Shown one piece after another: positions 60,197 to 64,000 of a stretch of 64,000 nucleotides of DNA. Source of the DNA: Malacoraja senta (Eukaryota); NCBI GenBank assembly GCA_038087875.1, contig CM075988.1, positions 12,898,001 through 12,962,000 on the forward strand, written 5' to 3'. The stretch's first letter is position 1. The number at the start of each line of letters is the position of its first letter. Made by a program: the position numbers and the translations under genes. Under the pieces are notes generated by a model. That model ran no database searches, was not told the origin of the DNA, and saw only the letters and a list, made by a program, of their open reading frames with translations.

Positions 60197-61040
60197 GAGA
60201 AATGAAATAGCGGCACATTTGGTAAGCAGTAACAGGATCGGTCCGAGTCAGCATGGATTTACGAAGGGGAAATCAAGCTTGACTCTTCTTCTGGAATTTG
60301 TTGAGGATGTAACTAGGAAAATGGACAAGGGAGAGCCAGTGGATGCAGTGTACCTGGACTTTCAGAAAGCATTTGATAAGGTCCCACATAGGAGATTAGT
60401 GGGCAAAATTAGGGCACATGGTATTGGGAGTAGAGTACTGACATGGAGAGAAAATTGGTTGGCAGACAGGAAACAAAGAGTAGGGATTAACGGGTCCCTT
60501 TCAGAATGGCAGGCAGTGACTAGTGGGGTACCACAAGGCTCGGTGCTGGGACCGCAGCTATTTACAATATACATCAATGATTTAGATGAAGGGATTCAAA
60601 GTAACATTAGCAAATTTACAGATGACACAAAGCTGGGTGGCATTGTGAACTGTGAGGAGGATGCTATGAGAATGCAGGGTGACTTGGACAGGTTGGGTGA
60701 GTGGGCAGATGCATGGCCGATGCAGTTTAATGTGGATAAATGTGAGGTTATCCACTTTGGTAGCAAAAACAGGAAGGCAGATTATTATCTAAATGGTATC
60801 AAGTTGGCAAAAAGGGGAAGTACAACAGGATCTGGGTGTCCTTGTTCATCAGTCAATAAAAGTAAGCATGCAGGTACAGCAGGCAGTGAAGAAAGCGAAT
60901 GGCATGTCAGCCTTCATAACAAGAGGAGTTGAGTATAGGAGCAAAGAGGTCCTTCTGCAGTTGTACAGGGCCCTAGTGAGACCACACCTAGAGTATTGTG
61001 TGCAGTTTTGTTACCCTAATTTGAGGAAGGACATTCTTGC
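60197..61040 (+). mobile_element. CR1 ORF2 reverse-transcriptase fragment
   Basis: SQHGF..YLDFQKAFDKVPH..SGVPQGSVLGPQLFTIYINDL..KFTDDTKL..RPHLEYCVQF..LRKDILA. Confidence 0.96.
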
Positions 61041-63715
61041 GCCTGCCTGCGGCAACTTTTGCGGAGCACCAGAACAGAAAAGGTTCACCTACAACTTCTA
61101 TCAACTCACCTGCATCAGGGAAACGGCAGTAATCTGTGCCGTTTCAGACAAGCTGCTTGGGCAGCTGAAAGCGCTGGCAATTTCGCGATCTCCCGCAGCT
61201 GCAGGAGCCCCGGACTTTAAATGTTCCCACGCTGGCTGTGGAACTCCCGACCCGACTGAGGATCCCAGGTACTGTACCTGGAAACCCCAGGATGACCTCC
61301 AGAGCCGACGGGCCGGATCCTCCAGGAACAATGAAGCTGGAGCTGCCAACTTTGAATGTACCCCCGTTCGTTAGGGAGCTGGAGCTGCCGTCTGTGAAGG
61401 AATCCCCGTTCCAGCGCAGGTCCGCAGAAACAGCCGGTACAGTAAACTCAGCACCTGGAAACAAAGGGGGAGCCTCCATTGTGTCCGGAAACATGGCCGA
61501 TGGGCAGGACATCAGGTCAGACTGAAGCGCAGGGGACTTCGGCCCCCTCTCCCTACTATCCTACTGGCCAACATACAGTCCCTTGAAAATAAAGTGGAGG
61601 ACTTAAGGACAAGACTGCTTTATCAAAGGGAGCTGAGGGAATGCTCTGTGTTCTGTTTCACAGAGACATGGCTCACCCCCAGCTCCCCAGACTCAGCGGT
61701 CCAGCCTGAAGGTTTCTCCATCCATCGTATGGACCGTACACTGGCATCTGGGGAAGGGAGAGGAGTGGGCGTCTGCCTCATGGTCAACTCTGCGTGGTGC
61801 TCAGACGTGGCAGTCCTGTCCAACTCCTGCTCTGCACACCTCGAACATCTGGCGGTGAAGTGTCGTCCCTTCTACCTACCGAGGGAATTCACCATCATCC
61901 TGACCGCGGTCTACATCCCACCCCAGGCAGATGTCCGTCTGGCACGGGAGGAGCTACATGCCGTGGTCAACAAACACTAGACGTCTTATCCCGAGGCATT
62001 TACCACCATTGCTGGGGACTTCAATAAGGCAAACCTCAAGAAATCACTCCCTAACTTCCACCAACATGTCTCCTGCTGCACCAGAGGACCAAACACCCTC
62101 GACCACTGCTACACCACCATCAAGAATGCCTATCGTTCTATCCCTCTTCCCTATCCCTCCGACCATACCGCGGTGCTGCTTCATGCCTACAGGCAGCAAT
62201 TGAAGAGCGCACCCCCAGAAGTGAGGACCGTACAGGGGTGGTCCGGAGGGGGGGGGGGGGGGTTGGAGGGCAGAGGAACAACTCCAGTGTTTGGAGTCTG
62301 TAGACTGGGCAATGTTCAAGGACTTGGCAATGGACCTGAACGAATACGCCACAGCCGTTACAGACTTCATTAAGAAGTGTGTGGAGGACTGCATCACCAC
62401 CAAAACCTTCCGAGTGTCTCCCAATCAGAAACCTTTGATGAACTTTGAGATCCGCACTCTTCTGAAGTCCAGACACCGGGCATTCATGTCTGATGATACA
62501 GTGGCCTACAAGAAGTCCAGATACGACCTTGGTAAGGCCATCAAAAATGCCAAAAGGGACTTCTGCTCCAAACTGGAGGATGAGACAGATGTTCGGCAGC
62601 TGTGGCGGGGCCTGAATGCAATCACCTCCTACAAGGCGAAACCAGGAGGCAGCTCGAATGTCGGCGAAACATCACTCCCTGACGAGCTCAATGCTTTTTA
62701 CGCACGCTTTGATAGGGTGAACACTGATGTGCCTTCCCGAGCCCCCATTCGCTGTGATGGTATTTCAGTTTCAGTCACAGAGGCCGACGTCAGGAAATCC
62801 TTCAGAGGGGTTAACCCTCGAAAAGCGCCTGGACCTGATGGTATACCTGGTCGTGTTCTAAAAACCTGTGCGGACCAACTGACTGGAGTTTTTACGGACA
62901 TTTTCAAACTCTCACTTCTGAGGTCTGAGGTCCCCACCTGCTTTAAAAGGGCATCAATTATACCAGTGCCCAAGAAGAGTAAGGTAACGTGCCTCAATGA
63001 CTATCGACCAGTGGCACTAACGCCAGTGGTGATGAAGTGCTTTGAGAGGTTGATCATGGAGCAAATCAACTCCTACCTCGACAAAAACCTGGACCCACTG
63101 CAGTTCGCTTACCACCACAACAGATCAACGGTGGATGCGATCTTGCTGGCCCTCCACTCCGCTCCGGACCACTTGGACAACAAAAACTCATATGTCAGGC
63201 TGTTATTCATCGATTACATCTCGGCATTTAACACAATCATCCCCTCCAAGCTGGTTACCAAACTCGCAGAACTGGGTCTCTGCGCATCCCTCTGCAATTG
63301 GATCCTCGACTTCCTCATTCACAGACCACAGTCTGTTCGTATTGGTGGAAATGTGTCAGCCTCGATAACAATCAGCACGGGAGCACCTCAAGGCTGCGTG
63401 CTCAGCCCCCTGCTGTACTCACTCTATACTCATGACTGCGTAGCCGGTCACAGTGCGAACTCCATCATCAAGTTCGCTGACGACACCACTGTTGTTGGAT
63501 GTATCACTGATGGGGATGAGTCAGAGTACAGAAGAGAGATAGAGCAACTGTCCATATGCTGCCAGCTCAATAACCTGGCCCTCAACACCAGCAAAACCAA
63601 GCAACTGATTGTGGACTTTGGAAGGAGTAGGATGGGGACCCACAGTCCCATTTATATCAACGGGTCGATGGTTGAAAGGGTCAAGAGCTTCAACTTCCTG
63701 GGCGTGCACATCTTA
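61041..63715 (+). mobile_element. Rex1/Babar-clade LINE, near full length from the 5' side, inactivated
   Basis: EN motifs PLPTILLANIQSLENK, CFTETWL, AGDFN, LDHCY; stop at 61978 and frameshifts near 62140-62265; RT in ORF 62291 onward; interrupted at ~63715. Confidence 0.95.
62291..63715 (+). pseudogene. Rex1-type reverse transcriptase open segment (~475 aa)
   Basis: KAPGPDGI, NDYRPVALT, LDPLQFAY, TGAPQGCVLSPLLYSLYTHD, KFADDTTVVG, NTSKTKQLIVDF. Confidence 0.9.
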
Positions 63716-64000
63716 GAGATTAGACTTAGACTTAGATTCCTTTATTGTCATTCAGACCTTTCGGACTGAACGAAATTTCGTTGCCTGCAGTCATACATAT
63801 AATAAATAACAAAACACAAAATAAACACAAATTAACATCCACCACAGTGAGTTCACCAGGCAGCTCCTCACTGTGATGGAGGCAAAAGTCTTAAAGTCTC
63901 TGTCTCTTCCCTCTTTGTTCTCCCTCTGCGCTGAGGCGATCCAGGCTTCTGACGTTGTGACCCCGCCGGGTGATGGTAAGTCAGTCCCGCGGCTGAATCC
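63716..64000 (-). mobile_element. Rex-tailed non-autonomous retroposon (53725-54577 family) inserted into the Rex1 RT; runs off the window
   Basis: (ttagac)n tail, tttattgtcattcagacctttcggactgaacgaaa, hairpin tccaccacagtgag...ctcactgtgatgga. Confidence 0.85.

Overview
This is eukaryotic, repeat-dense, mostly intergenic or intronic DNA. The repeat complement points to a cartilaginous fish, probably a skate or ray (inference from repeat families): HE1-type V-SINEs, CR1/HER1-type LINEs, Rex1/Babar LINEs, Penelope-like elements (PLE) and Deu-domain SINEs. I could not identify any intact host protein-coding gene. The only recognisable coding sequence is retroelement-derived: Rex1 EN+RT at 61.0-63.7 kb, CR1 EN/RT fragments, PLE RT-thumb plus GIY-YIG at 26.8-27.9 kb, and an RTE fragment. 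Two long repeat-poor islands suggest host function: a + strand terminal exon/3'UTR ending near 16.04 kb, and a candidate promoter with first exons at 50.4-52.5 kb. The most notable observations are (1) more than a dozen PLE-terminal minimal hammerhead ribozyme motifs, one with an intact core and a perfect 6-bp helix I (17694-17733, minus) and one with a compensatory helix II change; (2) a CR1 ORF2 split inside a codon by a 1.65-kb inversion (59394-61040); (3) a non-autonomous Helitron with a duplicated 5' end and internal minisatellites; (4) Harbinger-like MITEs that share TIRs but have four different interiors; (5) a GC-rich non-autonomous Rex-tailed retroposon with a structurally conserved hairpin. 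There is a 200-N assembly gap at 33932-34131. Boundaries of old repeats are approximate, and family names come from motif recognition, not database searches.
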